Below are positions 8,641 to 16,255 of a DNA stretch of 35,437 bases, one piece after another. The notes beneath the pieces were generated by a model, which was not told where the DNA came from, did no database searches, and worked only from the letters and a program-made list of their open reading frames with translations. This DNA is from Methanomicrobiales archaeon. Its GTDB lineage: Archaea; Halobacteriota; Methanomicrobia; Methanomicrobiales; Methanospirillaceae. Both the position numbers and the translations under genes were made by a program. How positions within the stretch are numbered: the first letter of the stretch is position 1; each line of letters starts with the position of its first letter. The stretch is from assembly GCA_013415575.1 (NCBI GenBank), contig JAAEES010000009.1:1-35437 (forward strand). Reading direction: 5' to 3'.

Positions 8641-9401
8641 GGGTCATCCTTAAAACCCGGCCGCGGGCAAAACCGAAGATCCCCATCGAGGCAGAGACCA
8701 TCATCCCCCAGAATTTTCTCCGGAAGAACGATGTCCGCGTCTACGAGGGGAACAAGGAACGGAAGCTTGAGGATCTCTTTTACATAACGATTGAGGGTCC
8801 GGCTGTCTCCCCCGATCAGGTGGAAGTAATCCTGACCGGAGACACCGGAGTCATCAAGCGGGTCGGCGAATACATGAACGCCGGGCGGATCATCGTTGAG
8901 GGGGATATTGGCATGCACTGCGGCAATTTCATGAGTGCCGGGGAGATCATCATCCGGGGCAATGCCGATTCCTGGCTCGGCCGTGAGATGCGGGGCGGAG
9001 TTATCCGTTGCGAGGGAAACGCAGCCCACTATTGCGCAGCCGGCTACCGTGGAGAAAAGAGGGGAATGCGGGGAGGGACGGTCGAAGTGCTCGGGAATGC
9101 CGGGGATTTCGCTGCCGAATATCTCTGCGGCGGAGATGTGCTCATCCACGGGAACTGCGGGGATCTCCCGGCGGTGGAGATGCGGGGCGGAACCCTGACC
9201 ATCGGTGGCGATTGTCATCGCCCCTGTGGTAATATGACCGGCGGGACCTGCCGGATCTTCGGCGCAGCACACCAGTTCCTTCCGACGTTCAGGAAGAATG
9301 GATCGGAAGAGATGGAGTATGCCGGAAAGCAGCATCGAATGGCCGTGTACCGTGGCGATGTTGCCAACCGTGGGAAGGGAACGGTTCTGATCAGAACGTA
9401 A
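8637..9401 (+). CDS. fwdC: formylmethanofuran dehydrogenase subunit C
   Basis: 254 aa with repeated G-x-x-G-x-x-M-x-G-G units (GXGXG beta-helix), for example EGDIGMHCGNFMSAGEIIIRGNADSWLGREMRGGVIRCEGNA. Confidence 0.92.
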   Translation: MRVILKTRPRAKPKIPIEAETIIPQNFLRKNDVRVYEGNKERKLEDLFYITIEGPAVSPDQVEVILTGDTGVIKRVGEYMNAGRIIVEGDIGMHCGNFMSAGEIIIRGNADSWLGREMRGGVIRCEGNAAHYCAAGYRGEKRGMRGGTVEVLGNAGDFAAEYLCGGDVLIHGNCGDLPAVEMRGGTLTIGGDCHRPCGNMTGGTCRIFGAAHQFLPTFRKNGSEEMEYAGKQHRMAVYRGDVANRGKGTVLIRT

Positions 9402-9473
9402 TGGTATCTGCCGTCCGAAAGGCCCTGCAGAGATGAGAGCGCGGCCCCTGGGGTTTCAGACAGGGATATTCAG

Positions 9474-9479
9474 AAAAAA
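9474..9479 (-). terminator. oligo-T terminator downstream of the 51-aa zinc-ribbon gene
   Basis: The A6 run on the plus strand reads as T6 on the minus strand. It lies about 23 nt past the stop at 9502-9504. Confidence 0.4.
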
Positions 9480-9501
9480 GGAAACGTATCGGAAATGACC
9501 T

Positions 9502-9657
9502 CTATGCCTCTGCCACGTCCTCGGACTGGCAGGAGGGGCACATCGGCCGTTTGCTCACGCTTATGAATTTTTCTCCGCATTCTTTACATTTGTAGTCCTT
9601 GCCCTTCACCCGGTCAGGGGGTATCTCCATATCAACCGGTCCTCCGACTGTGCACAT
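9502..9657 (-). CDS. small zinc-ribbon protein (51 aa; below the ORF-track cutoff)
   Basis: Minus-strand translation is MCTVGGPVDMEIPPDRVKGKDYKCKECGEKFISVSKRPMCPSCQSEDVAEA, with CxxC-x14-CxxC. GAGGTGA lies 7 nt upstream of the ATG. An A/T-rich TATA-like element (CATATACTTATTAGG, minus-strand sense) lies about 45 nt upstream. A T6 run follows the stop. Confidence 0.6.
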   Translation of the reverse strand: MCTVGGPVDMEIPPDRVKGKDYKCKECGEKFISVSKRPMCPSCQSEDVAEA

Positions 9658-9752
9658 CGAATAGTCACCTCAGTAAGATGCATTGGTAAGAATCCTAATA
9701 AGTATATGCACTTCAGTCCAAGGATATGAGCTGAAATAAAAAAGAGAGAAGG

Positions 9753-10553
9753 CTACCTGCCGTTTTTCAAGATCATCAGCATGGCTGTGAGGAGGATACC
9801 ACAGAGGGGTGCCGCAGGAGAGATTGGGACAGCAGTCGGTGTTCCGGTTGCGGCGGTGTCCGGTATGGCAGTTTCTGTCGGACTGGTCTCCGCTGGGGCG
9901 GGGGTTTCTGCAGACAGGAGCACGACATCCACCCTTACCGTATCGCCCGCAGCGAGATCGACGGTATTTTCTGCGGGGAGATATCCGCGCAACTCGATGA
10001 GTACCTGGTAGGTTCCTGGAAGGAGATCCGGGAGGTCGAGAGGCGTGTTTCCGGAATACTGCCCGTTAACCGTCACCTGCGCACCCGGAGGAGTAGAGAG
10101 TACTTCGATGCGGCCATTGGTTACCGGCCGGGAAAGGATGATATCGATACTTGAGTACGGAACTCCTGAAAGTGCATCCCGTGCCACCGGCATCGTTGCT
10201 GCATACACCGTGTACTTTCCTGCCGCGAGACCTCCTGAGACCCGTCCTGTCCGCCAGGTATAATTCCAGCGATCCAAAGTAACATCGACCTGGGTGAAGG
10301 TCTCCGGCTCCCCGGTGATTACCGGTGAGATGCTGCTGTCCATCCGCGATCCGTCTGATGGAACTCCCGGGCCGGTCATGAACAGGTACACTCTGCCGGC
10401 TCCGATCGATGTTCCTGAAAGGGGTATACTATCGCCGATCTCTGCTTCCCGTGGTTCTGCTGCGGCATTCCCGGGGATCACTACCGTAAGAAGGATACAG
10501 AGCAGGATACAGGACACGATTGGTCGTGTACGTTCATGGGTCATCATTGTCAC
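9753..10553 (-). CDS. secreted PEGA-domain surface protein with Thr/Pro linker and C-terminal membrane anchor
   Basis: 266 aa. Signal peptide (RPIVSCILLCILLTVVIPGNAAA). PEGA motif STPPGAQVTVNGQYSGNTPLDLPDLLPGTYQVLIELRGY. T/P-rich linker. Tail PLCGILLTAMLMILKNGR. An oligo-T run follows the stop. Confidence 0.8.
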   Translation of the reverse strand: MTMMTHERTRPIVSCILLCILLTVVIPGNAAAEPREAEIGDSIPLSGTSIGAGRVYLFMTGPGVPSDGSRMDSSISPVITGEPETFTQVDVTLDRWNYTWRTGRVSGGLAAGKYTVYAATMPVARDALSGVPYSSIDIILSRPVTNGRIEVLSTPPGAQVTVNGQYSGNTPLDLPDLLPGTYQVLIELRGYLPAENTVDLAAGDTVRVDVVLLSAETPAPAETSPTETAIPDTAATGTPTAVPISPAAPLCGILLTAMLMILKNGR

Positions 10554-10571
10554 CCAGGGAGGCCTCCCTGA

Positions 10572-10763
10572 TTAGTCAAAAAGGTGGGCGCTGAACCGTT
10601 GTGACGATGAACGCTCCTCAGTTTTCCTTGCACCAGATGGCGGGGGCACTTTTCCCTGCATTCCCGTGAACAGGAATGAACAGGTGCCGGAATCCTCGCG
10701 GAATACCATGCATTGTTCGCCGATACAGGGTTTCTTGTCAAACGGGCACAATTTATCGGTCAT
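10572..10763 (-). CDS. small Cys-rich hypothetical protein (63 aa)
   Basis: MTDKLCPFDKKPCIGEQCMVFREDSGTCSF... has four Cys in the first 30 residues. AGGAAAGGAG lies upstream of the ATG. Same strand as its neighbours. Confidence 0.45.
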   Translation of the reverse strand: MTDKLCPFDKKPCIGEQCMVFREDSGTCSFLFTGMQGKVPPPSGARKTEERSSSQRFSAHLFD

Positions 10764-10963
10764 GAGTGGGCTCCTTTCCTATCGGCTTCTCCAGGTATTC
10801 CGGGAGATCGCTGAACGCCACGATCGCCGGGCACGGGTGAATATGCCCCTTACCCCGGGCTTGTCTCTCCATTTCGCAATGAGCATGGCTCTCTGGTCGA
10901 TCATGGATGGCTGAACATAAGGGAAGGGAAAAAATATAGCTATCGGGGTGATGCCTGATCGTA

Positions 10964-11044
10964 TCAGCAGGCGACAAAAAGCTGGATGACCGGGACGCAC
11001 GAGAATAACAGAATCGCAGCGGCCATCAGGGTGGTTTCCTTCAT
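10964..11044 (-). CDS. possible 26-aa hydrophobic micropeptide
   Basis: MKETTLMAAAILLFSCVPVIQLFVAC, with GGAGGA 5 nt upstream of the ATG. It is very short and has no other support. Confidence 0.25.
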   Translation of the reverse strand: MKETTLMAAAILLFSCVPVIQLFVAC

Positions 11045-11118
11045 GGGAGTCCTCCGTTTCACGCAGGAAAGAATGGCAGGAGTGGTTAAAAATTAGGTGG
11101 ATGGTGACGGTTCAAAGG

Positions 11119-11931
11119 TCATTTTCCGGAGTTTGTTCTGGCAAGGCGCTCCACGGTCTGCTCCGAGTAGGAATATACCCTGATGGTGTCGATCAGTGCC
11201 GGGCCATATATCCGGTGAGATCGGTTACCGATCACCAGGTAGAGACCTGAATCCGACGGGGCAATCTGTTGTTCAGTCCGGTGGGAAAGTTTTCCATCCA
11301 CATAGAAATCTACGGTGCGATCAGGACGTATCACCACCGTATACCGGTGCCATTCACCGAGATCCTCATCCACGATCCTGGTATCCCATTCGTATTTTCC
11401 GGATTCGTTCATGATGCCGAAGTCCCGGTAGGCATGCCCCCTCTCCTCTGGTGGATTGCCCCAGCATGCCTCCCCGATGACCCGGTAAGAAACCTGCATG
11501 ACCGCCCCGCCCCCGGCTTCCTCTCTCGCAAGACGGAACAGCCCGTCAACCCAGCACCCGTCTGTATGGGAGTCGTTCAGGTATAGATCGCACTGGAGGA
11601 TCAAGCCGTCAGAATAATCGAATCTGGTCGTCGAAACCGCAAAATTGTCCCAGAGATCATCGCCGCGGCTGTCAAAACAGGGCGGTGGATTTCCCAAATC
11701 ATCCCTGATCATGGGTTGCGGGTTCCCGATCAGGATCCATCCGGACAGCCCCTGGTCAAAATCTTCGGAGCAGATGAGACCATCCGTCACCGGTCCGGGG
11801 TCGTCTCCCATGATGCCCCCGGACGGGAGGGAGAGTGAACCGGCCGTGATACTCACCATGAGTACATATGCGATAATACCCAGTGCAAAGATCACCCCCA
11901 CTGCAGTAACAAGTGAATCCCTCTCCCTCAC
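11119..11931 (-). CDS. membrane-anchored LamG/concanavalin-A-like jelly-roll protein
   Basis: GTG start with GGAGGT 5 nt upstream. One N-terminal TM helix (VTAVGVIFALGIIAYVLMVSI). The C-terminal WHRYTVVIRPDRTVDFYVDGKL...LVIGN pattern is typical of LamG-like lectin folds. Confidence 0.7.
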   Translation of the reverse strand: MRERDSLVTAVGVIFALGIIAYVLMVSITAGSLSLPSGGIMGDDPGPVTDGLICSEDFDQGLSGWILIGNPQPMIRDDLGNPPPCFDSRGDDLWDNFAVSTTRFDYSDGLILQCDLYLNDSHTDGCWVDGLFRLAREEAGGGAVMQVSYRVIGEACWGNPPEERGHAYRDFGIMNESGKYEWDTRIVDEDLGEWHRYTVVIRPDRTVDFYVDGKLSHRTEQQIAPSDSGLYLVIGNRSHRIYGPALIDTIRVYSYSEQTVERLARTNSGK

Positions 11932-12066
11932 GCCCGACCTCCGCTGACGACGGTTGTACTTCTAGCTAATTTGGCATGAAAACGTATAGCCGTTATGAAA
12001 TCGTTCTGCTTTCTCCCTGCGGATCTTCCGGGTGGCGTGGTGACCGGGGGACCCGGGGCCGGGGTA

Positions 12067-13254
12067 TCACGAGAGCCCGGAGATCTTGGCGATCAGGCGT
12101 CTGACAGGGCCGGGGCGGATAACAATCGATCCCGCAGGGCAGATCTCATGGCAGCAGTAGCATCGGATGCAGTTCTCCCGCATGAGTTCCGGAACCCCCT
12201 CGTGCAGGGTGAGGGCACCCACCGGGCATATACGGGCACAGCGACCGCAGTGCTGGCAGTGATCCGGTTGAAAAGAGGGATACGGAGTATAAACCCCGCC
12301 GAGCCGGTGCAGGAGAGAGAGGAGCATGCTCCGCTGCATCCCTCTCCCCGATCCCTGGTAGGTTGAAGGGAGGCGGACCCCCTGCCCCTGCAGCGCTTTG
12401 GGAGGATTTCCAACGAGTGAAATCTGGTCGGGAATGCTACCGGGAAGGCCGCGCTCACGGGCGGTCCTAAGGGTGGGGACGTCAGCGGCAGGGATTCCCA
12501 TCATTTTGCAAGCGACCTGATCGAGAGCAGTTGCGCTCCCGCCTGCCAGGAGCGCCTCCACCAGCCGCGGGGTTCCGGATGAAGGGCCATCCCCTTCCAT
12601 GACCATCACCGCGTCCATGACCTGAAGCGAAGGCCGCAGGAGATCGTTCAGGTCGAGGATCATCCCGGCAAAGTGGTCCGGATCCTGAAACCGGGCATGG
12701 TGGAGGGGTTTTTCCAGACCGGGAAGAACTCCGAACAGGTTCTTTGCACCTCCGGAATAGAGAGTCCAGAGGTGGGTCTTGGCCTTTGAGACCACGATGA
12801 TATGATCGGCATCGAGTGCCGGTGCTATCACCGGGAAGCTCTTCGCCAGGAGGCCGGCAGGGTGGGAGACGGTGCGGTATCCGGTATCGTAATTAAGCTC
12901 CGCACCGGTATCACGGGCAACTGCTTCATACCCGGCAGCCGCATACAGTCGTCTGAGGTTAGCCGGGGTATATCGTATCCCGCCCCCGGGGCTGTCAGCA
13001 ATGATCACCCGGCACCCAAGATCTCTACAGATGAGCGATACGGCCCGTACAACCTCAGGATGGGTGGTCACGCACCGTTCTGGCGGAAGCCCCTGGAGGA
13101 GATTCGGTTTGAGGAGCACCCGGCTCCCCGGACTGATGAAGGTGGTGATTCCACCCAGCGCATCAATTGCCTTCCTGACGGCGGTCTCAACCTCTTCCCG
13201 GTTGTACGAGCCGCACGCTACACAGGATACGACTTCCTTCTCTCTACCGGCCAT
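12067..13254 (-). CDS. DUF362-domain protein with C-terminal 2x[4Fe-4S] ferredoxin domain
   Basis: 395 aa. The N-terminal VSCVACGSY...GSRVLLKPNLL pattern is typical of DUF362. The C-terminus carries CQHCGRCARICP and CIRCYCCHEICP. Confidence 0.8.
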   Translation of the reverse strand: MAGREKEVVSCVACGSYNREEVETAVRKAIDALGGITTFISPGSRVLLKPNLLQGLPPERCVTTHPEVVRAVSLICRDLGCRVIIADSPGGGIRYTPANLRRLYAAAGYEAVARDTGAELNYDTGYRTVSHPAGLLAKSFPVIAPALDADHIIVVSKAKTHLWTLYSGGAKNLFGVLPGLEKPLHHARFQDPDHFAGMILDLNDLLRPSLQVMDAVMVMEGDGPSSGTPRLVEALLAGGSATALDQVACKMMGIPAADVPTLRTARERGLPGSIPDQISLVGNPPKALQGQGVRLPSTYQGSGRGMQRSMLLSLLHRLGGVYTPYPSFQPDHCQHCGRCARICPVGALTLHEGVPELMRENCIRCYCCHEICPAGSIVIRPGPVRRLIAKISGLS

Positions 13255-13524
13255 TCATTCACCCCACGCCGTGGCGGTGCGGGACTGATGTGCAAACAGG
13301 AAGCAGCCGCCGAGGAAATAGGCGATGGGAATGGTCCAGAGAGGGTATGCCACCAGGAAATAGATTTCAGCACAACCGAGAACGAGCCGGGCCCCTGCGG
13401 TGTCGTTACCGAATGCGGCCATGAATGCAGCACCATACACTCCGGCGGTGACTACCAGATAGATGAGCACCCCGCAAAGACCGCCCCTGATATTGCTTAT
13501 GGCATCTTTGACACAGGTATGCAT
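13255..13524 (-). CDS. small 3-TM membrane protein abutting the DUF362 gene
   Basis: 89-aa hydrophobic ORF. Its stop codon directly abuts the DUF362 start, with no intergenic base. Confidence 0.55.
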   Translation of the reverse strand: MHTCVKDAISNIRGGLCGVLIYLVVTAGVYGAAFMAAFGNDTAGARLVLGCAEIYFLVAYPLWTIPIAYFLGGCFLFAHQSRTATAWGE

Positions 13525-13670
13525 ACCTGATCTCTCATTGCACCTGATGGCAAAAAAGAGATCTCATCTCCGGTCTCGAAACCGCTCCGTGTTCCTGCGT
13601 TCGTTCCGGCCGGCCCGTTTAAATCCGGAGAAGCTGATGTTCTGGAAGGAAACCCGGCAGGGATGAGCGG

Positions 13671-14255
13671 ATGAGGTATCACGATGAGCGGTCACGGCGT
13701 TCATGGCAGAACCCTGAAAAGATACTCGTCCGCACCGGACTTGGCCCCGGAGACACCATGATTGATATCGGTTGCGGTGAGGGATTTTTTACCCTCCCGG
13801 CTGCCCGGTTAGCCGGCAGCAGCGGGAAGATCATCGGGATAGATATCAACGGGAGCGCCGTCTCACGGATGCTGGAGCAGGCCCGGAAAGAAGGGCTTGG
13901 CAATGTAGACGGAATTGTCGGAAGCGGTGAGGAGACCCTTGCCTGTGAAGGCTGCGCAGACCTGATTTTCTTCGGCATTGATCTCCATGATTTCTCGGAT
14001 CCGAAGAAAGTCCTCCAGAATGCCCGCCGGATGATCAAACCTGGCGGCACGCTCTGCAACCTGGACTGGCAGAAGAGGGAGACACCCTTCGGCCCACCGG
14101 TCAGCATACGATTCGATGAGGAGACCGCGGCAGCACTGATCCGGGAAGCAGGGTTTACGATACTGCGTATTGAAGAGATCCCTCCCTGGTTCTACCTCAT
14201 CACGGCAGACCCGTGCGTCGCCAATCCGGTCTGGAGGGACCCAGGATGTTTATAG
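13671..14255 (+). CDS. class I SAM-dependent methyltransferase
   Basis: 194 aa with motif [13 protein letters not shown], and a post-I acidic residue (GIDIN). The 3' end overlaps msrB convergently by 6 nt. Confidence 0.8.
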   Translation: MRYHDERSRRSWQNPEKILVRTGLGPGDTMIDIGCGEGFFTLPAARLAGSSGKIIGIDINGSAVSRMLEQARKEGLGNVDGIVGSGEETLACEGCADLIFFGIDLHDFSDPKKVLQNARRMIKPGGTLCNLDWQKRETPFGPPVSIRFDEETAAALIREAGFTILRIEEIPPWFYLITADPCVANPVWRDPGCL

Positions 14256-14684
14256 CGGAAAAAATTTCAGTGAAGCGGAATTCATGCAGTAGCGCTTTCC
14301 GTCCGGCGGTGGGCCATCATCAAAGACATGACCGAGGTGGGCTTCACACCGGGCACAGAGCACTTCAGTTCGGATCATTCCAAAACTCCGGTCGGTTTCG
14401 GTCCTGATATTGTGCTCATCGACAGGTGAGGAAAAACTCGGCCAACCGGTCCCGGAATCAAATTTGGTATCAGAATGGAAGAGATCAGTGCCGCAACAGA
14501 CACACCGGTACAGCCCGGTGCCATGGAAGTCATGGTATCTGCCGGAGAAGGCCGGTTCCGTCCCCTTCTTCCGTGCGACCCGGAACTCCTCATCGGTGAG
14601 GATCTCCCGCCATTCGGCATCACTCTTCCGGATTGTATCACGGTCTTCGAGTTCACCAGTTTGTGCGTTGTAGATGATGACCAT
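14250..14684 (-). CDS. msrB: peptide-methionine (R)-S-oxide reductase MsrB
   Basis: Zinc motifs CVCCGTDLF and [12 protein letters not shown]. Catalytic RYCMNS. Start taken at ATG 14684, which has GGAG upstream. The track ORF starts at TTG 14702. Confidence 0.9.
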   Translation of the reverse strand: MVIIYNAQTGELEDRDTIRKSDAEWREILTDEEFRVARKKGTEPAFSGRYHDFHGTGLYRCVCCGTDLFHSDTKFDSGTGWPSFSSPVDEHNIRTETDRSFGMIRTEVLCARCEAHLGHVFDDGPPPDGKRYCMNSASLKFFPL

Positions 14685-14748
14685 GCTCACTCCGCCGCTC
14701 AATCATGCTCTGATCCAATTCTCCGATAAAGGTGAATGACGGGGGGGG

Positions 14749-15609
14749 TTATCCCTTCCTGAATACGAGGAATGCGCATCCCGCAAGTGCAGCAAACAGC
14801 ACCACGGGAGAGAGGCCTGCCCTGCCGGTTTGAACAGAAGGAACGAGTGCTGCCGATACGGTGTTCCCCTCCCCGGTAATAGTGATTACCTGGCTGAAAT
14901 CGGTATAACCATCCAATGTTATCAGGAGCAGGTGATCACCCGTTGTAACATCAGCAACGGTCAGGGGGGTCATCCCGATCATCTGTCCGTCAAGATATAC
15001 ACTGGCTCCCGGGGGATCAGAGGATATGGTCAGGGGTCCGGAGACCGGTTTCTGGAGGGTGACCGGAACCTTCTTCAGCTCATTCTTCTCCACGAAGATC
15101 TCCATGGTCTGGGTGGCATACCCCTCTTTCGAGACCCGGATGGCATGGTTACCGGGGACGACATCGCGGATGATGAAAACCCCGCTGGGTGGAACGGTTC
15201 CTGCTTCAGTCCCGTCGAAATAAACGGTGGAGAGGGTGGGGGTTACGAGCAGGTGGAGGGTGCCGTACTCGATTAGCGGCAGGGCCGAGAGCTTTACATA
15301 GATATCAATGACCTGGCCTTTTCCCGGGACCGACGTGATCGCCCCCGTATAGGTCTTATAGCCATCTTTTTCAATGGTGAATGTCCGGTACGGCGTTCCG
15401 GTCACATAGACCGGCACATCCAGCATCCCTGCAGCGATCTCCCCTTTATAATCGCCATCGAAGTAGACTTTAGCCCCATCCACATTGCAGTGGATACGGT
15501 AAGTACCCATATCGCCTCCTATGGGCTCATCAGGTTGCGCACCGGCGGTTCCAGCGACCAGAACAAGCGAGAAAATCGCTACTGCAACAGGAAGAGAGAA
15601 TTTTTTCAT
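14749..15609 (-). CDS. secreted protein with three PEGA domains and a C-terminal membrane anchor
   Basis: 286 aa with a signal peptide (MKKFSLPVAVAIFSLVLVAGTAGA). PEGA-like repeats include DPPGASVYLDGQMIGMTPLTVADVTTGDHLLLITLDGY. Tail SPVVLFAALAGCAFLVFRKG. A palindromic ATTTAAAT box lies about 45 nt upstream. Confidence 0.8.
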   Translation of the reverse strand: MKKFSLPVAVAIFSLVLVAGTAGAQPDEPIGGDMGTYRIHCNVDGAKVYFDGDYKGEIAAGMLDVPVYVTGTPYRTFTIEKDGYKTYTGAITSVPGKGQVIDIYVKLSALPLIEYGTLHLLVTPTLSTVYFDGTEAGTVPPSGVFIIRDVVPGNHAIRVSKEGYATQTMEIFVEKNELKKVPVTLQKPVSGPLTISSDPPGASVYLDGQMIGMTPLTVADVTTGDHLLLITLDGYTDFSQVITITGEGNTVSAALVPSVQTGRAGLSPVVLFAALAGCAFLVFRKG

Positions 15610-15795
15610 GGTTTATCAGTCCGATATACTGTATGGGTTTTTTTGGCGGTATTTAAATCTATCAATGCTTTTCTGGCGAAAAGGAGCCCTCCCCGTCTTT
15701 CCGGGATACGGCAGAGCCGGGGGAGGAGGCTGGGGAGGGAAAAAAGCGATTCATTCAAGAGATGACACGGTCATTACCCTCTTTCAGAGAGAACC

Positions 15796-15963
15796 ATGAC
15801 ACCACACGCAGGAAGGGGTCACGGGAGAGACCAGTGGAACGGTGAAGGGAGCCCCCGACGCTGTATCTGTCCCAACTGCAGGTATGAACGTGCCCGCCCG
15901 CCGGAAGTCCCCTGCTATGTCCTGAAGTGCCCCCGTTGTGATTCACCGATGACAGATCTCTGA
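15796..15963 (+). CDS. small Gly/Arg-rich zinc-ribbon protein (55 aa; below the ORF-track cutoff)
   Basis: MTPHAGRGHGRDQWNGEGSPRRCICPNCRYERARPPEVPCYVLKCPRCDSPMTDL. ATG 15796 is the first ATG after an in-frame stop at 15763. Cys pattern CxCxxC-x12-C-x4-CxxC. Confidence 0.5.
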   Translation: MTPHAGRGHGRDQWNGEGSPRRCICPNCRYERARPPEVPCYVLKCPRCDSPMTDL

Positions 15964-16015
15964 AAGATGCCGGGACGGGAACACGGGGAAAGACGCAGAA
16001 AAAAATGAACTAAGA

Positions 16016-16088
16016 GGCCAGGGCCGAGACTCGAACCCGGGTCGGGGGATCCACAGTCCCCTAGGATGACCAACTACCCCACCCTGGC
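16016..16088 (-). tRNA. tRNA-His (anticodon GTG)
   Basis: The hand-folded cloverleaf is complete. Acceptor GCCAGGG/CCCTGGC, U8, A14, G18G19, anticodon stem GGGGA/TCCCC, loop CTGTGGA, T arm CCGGG-TTCGAGT-CTCGG, discriminator C73. CCA is not encoded. An A/T-rich box (TATATAATATAT) lies about 35 nt upstream. Confidence 0.9.
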
Positions 16089-16255
16089 AGGATATACCCG
16101 GATACATTGGATTTCGCGATATATAATATATGACCATCCGGATGCGCCGGACTGTGGTGCCGGTATCGCCAGCTCTTCCTCTGCCCGAGCTATCACTAGC
16201 ACCCTCCGGCACCCGATATCTCTCCGGGTTATAGTCAAAGGCAAGGTGGTTTCCA

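Noticed and set aside
10753-10977. 74-aa minus-strand ORF (plus the overlapping 73-aa and 82-aa ORFs) in the 10.75-11.0 kb gap
   Set aside because: The TTG start lies inside the 3' end of the upstream micropeptide ORF. There is no SD, the codon bias is mixed, and the competing frames are mutually exclusive. None is convincing.
12802-13530. 242-aa plus-strand ORF
   Set aside because: It is antisense to the DUF362 gene and its membrane partner. It has no recognisable domain, while the minus-strand reading gives clear Fe-S motifs.
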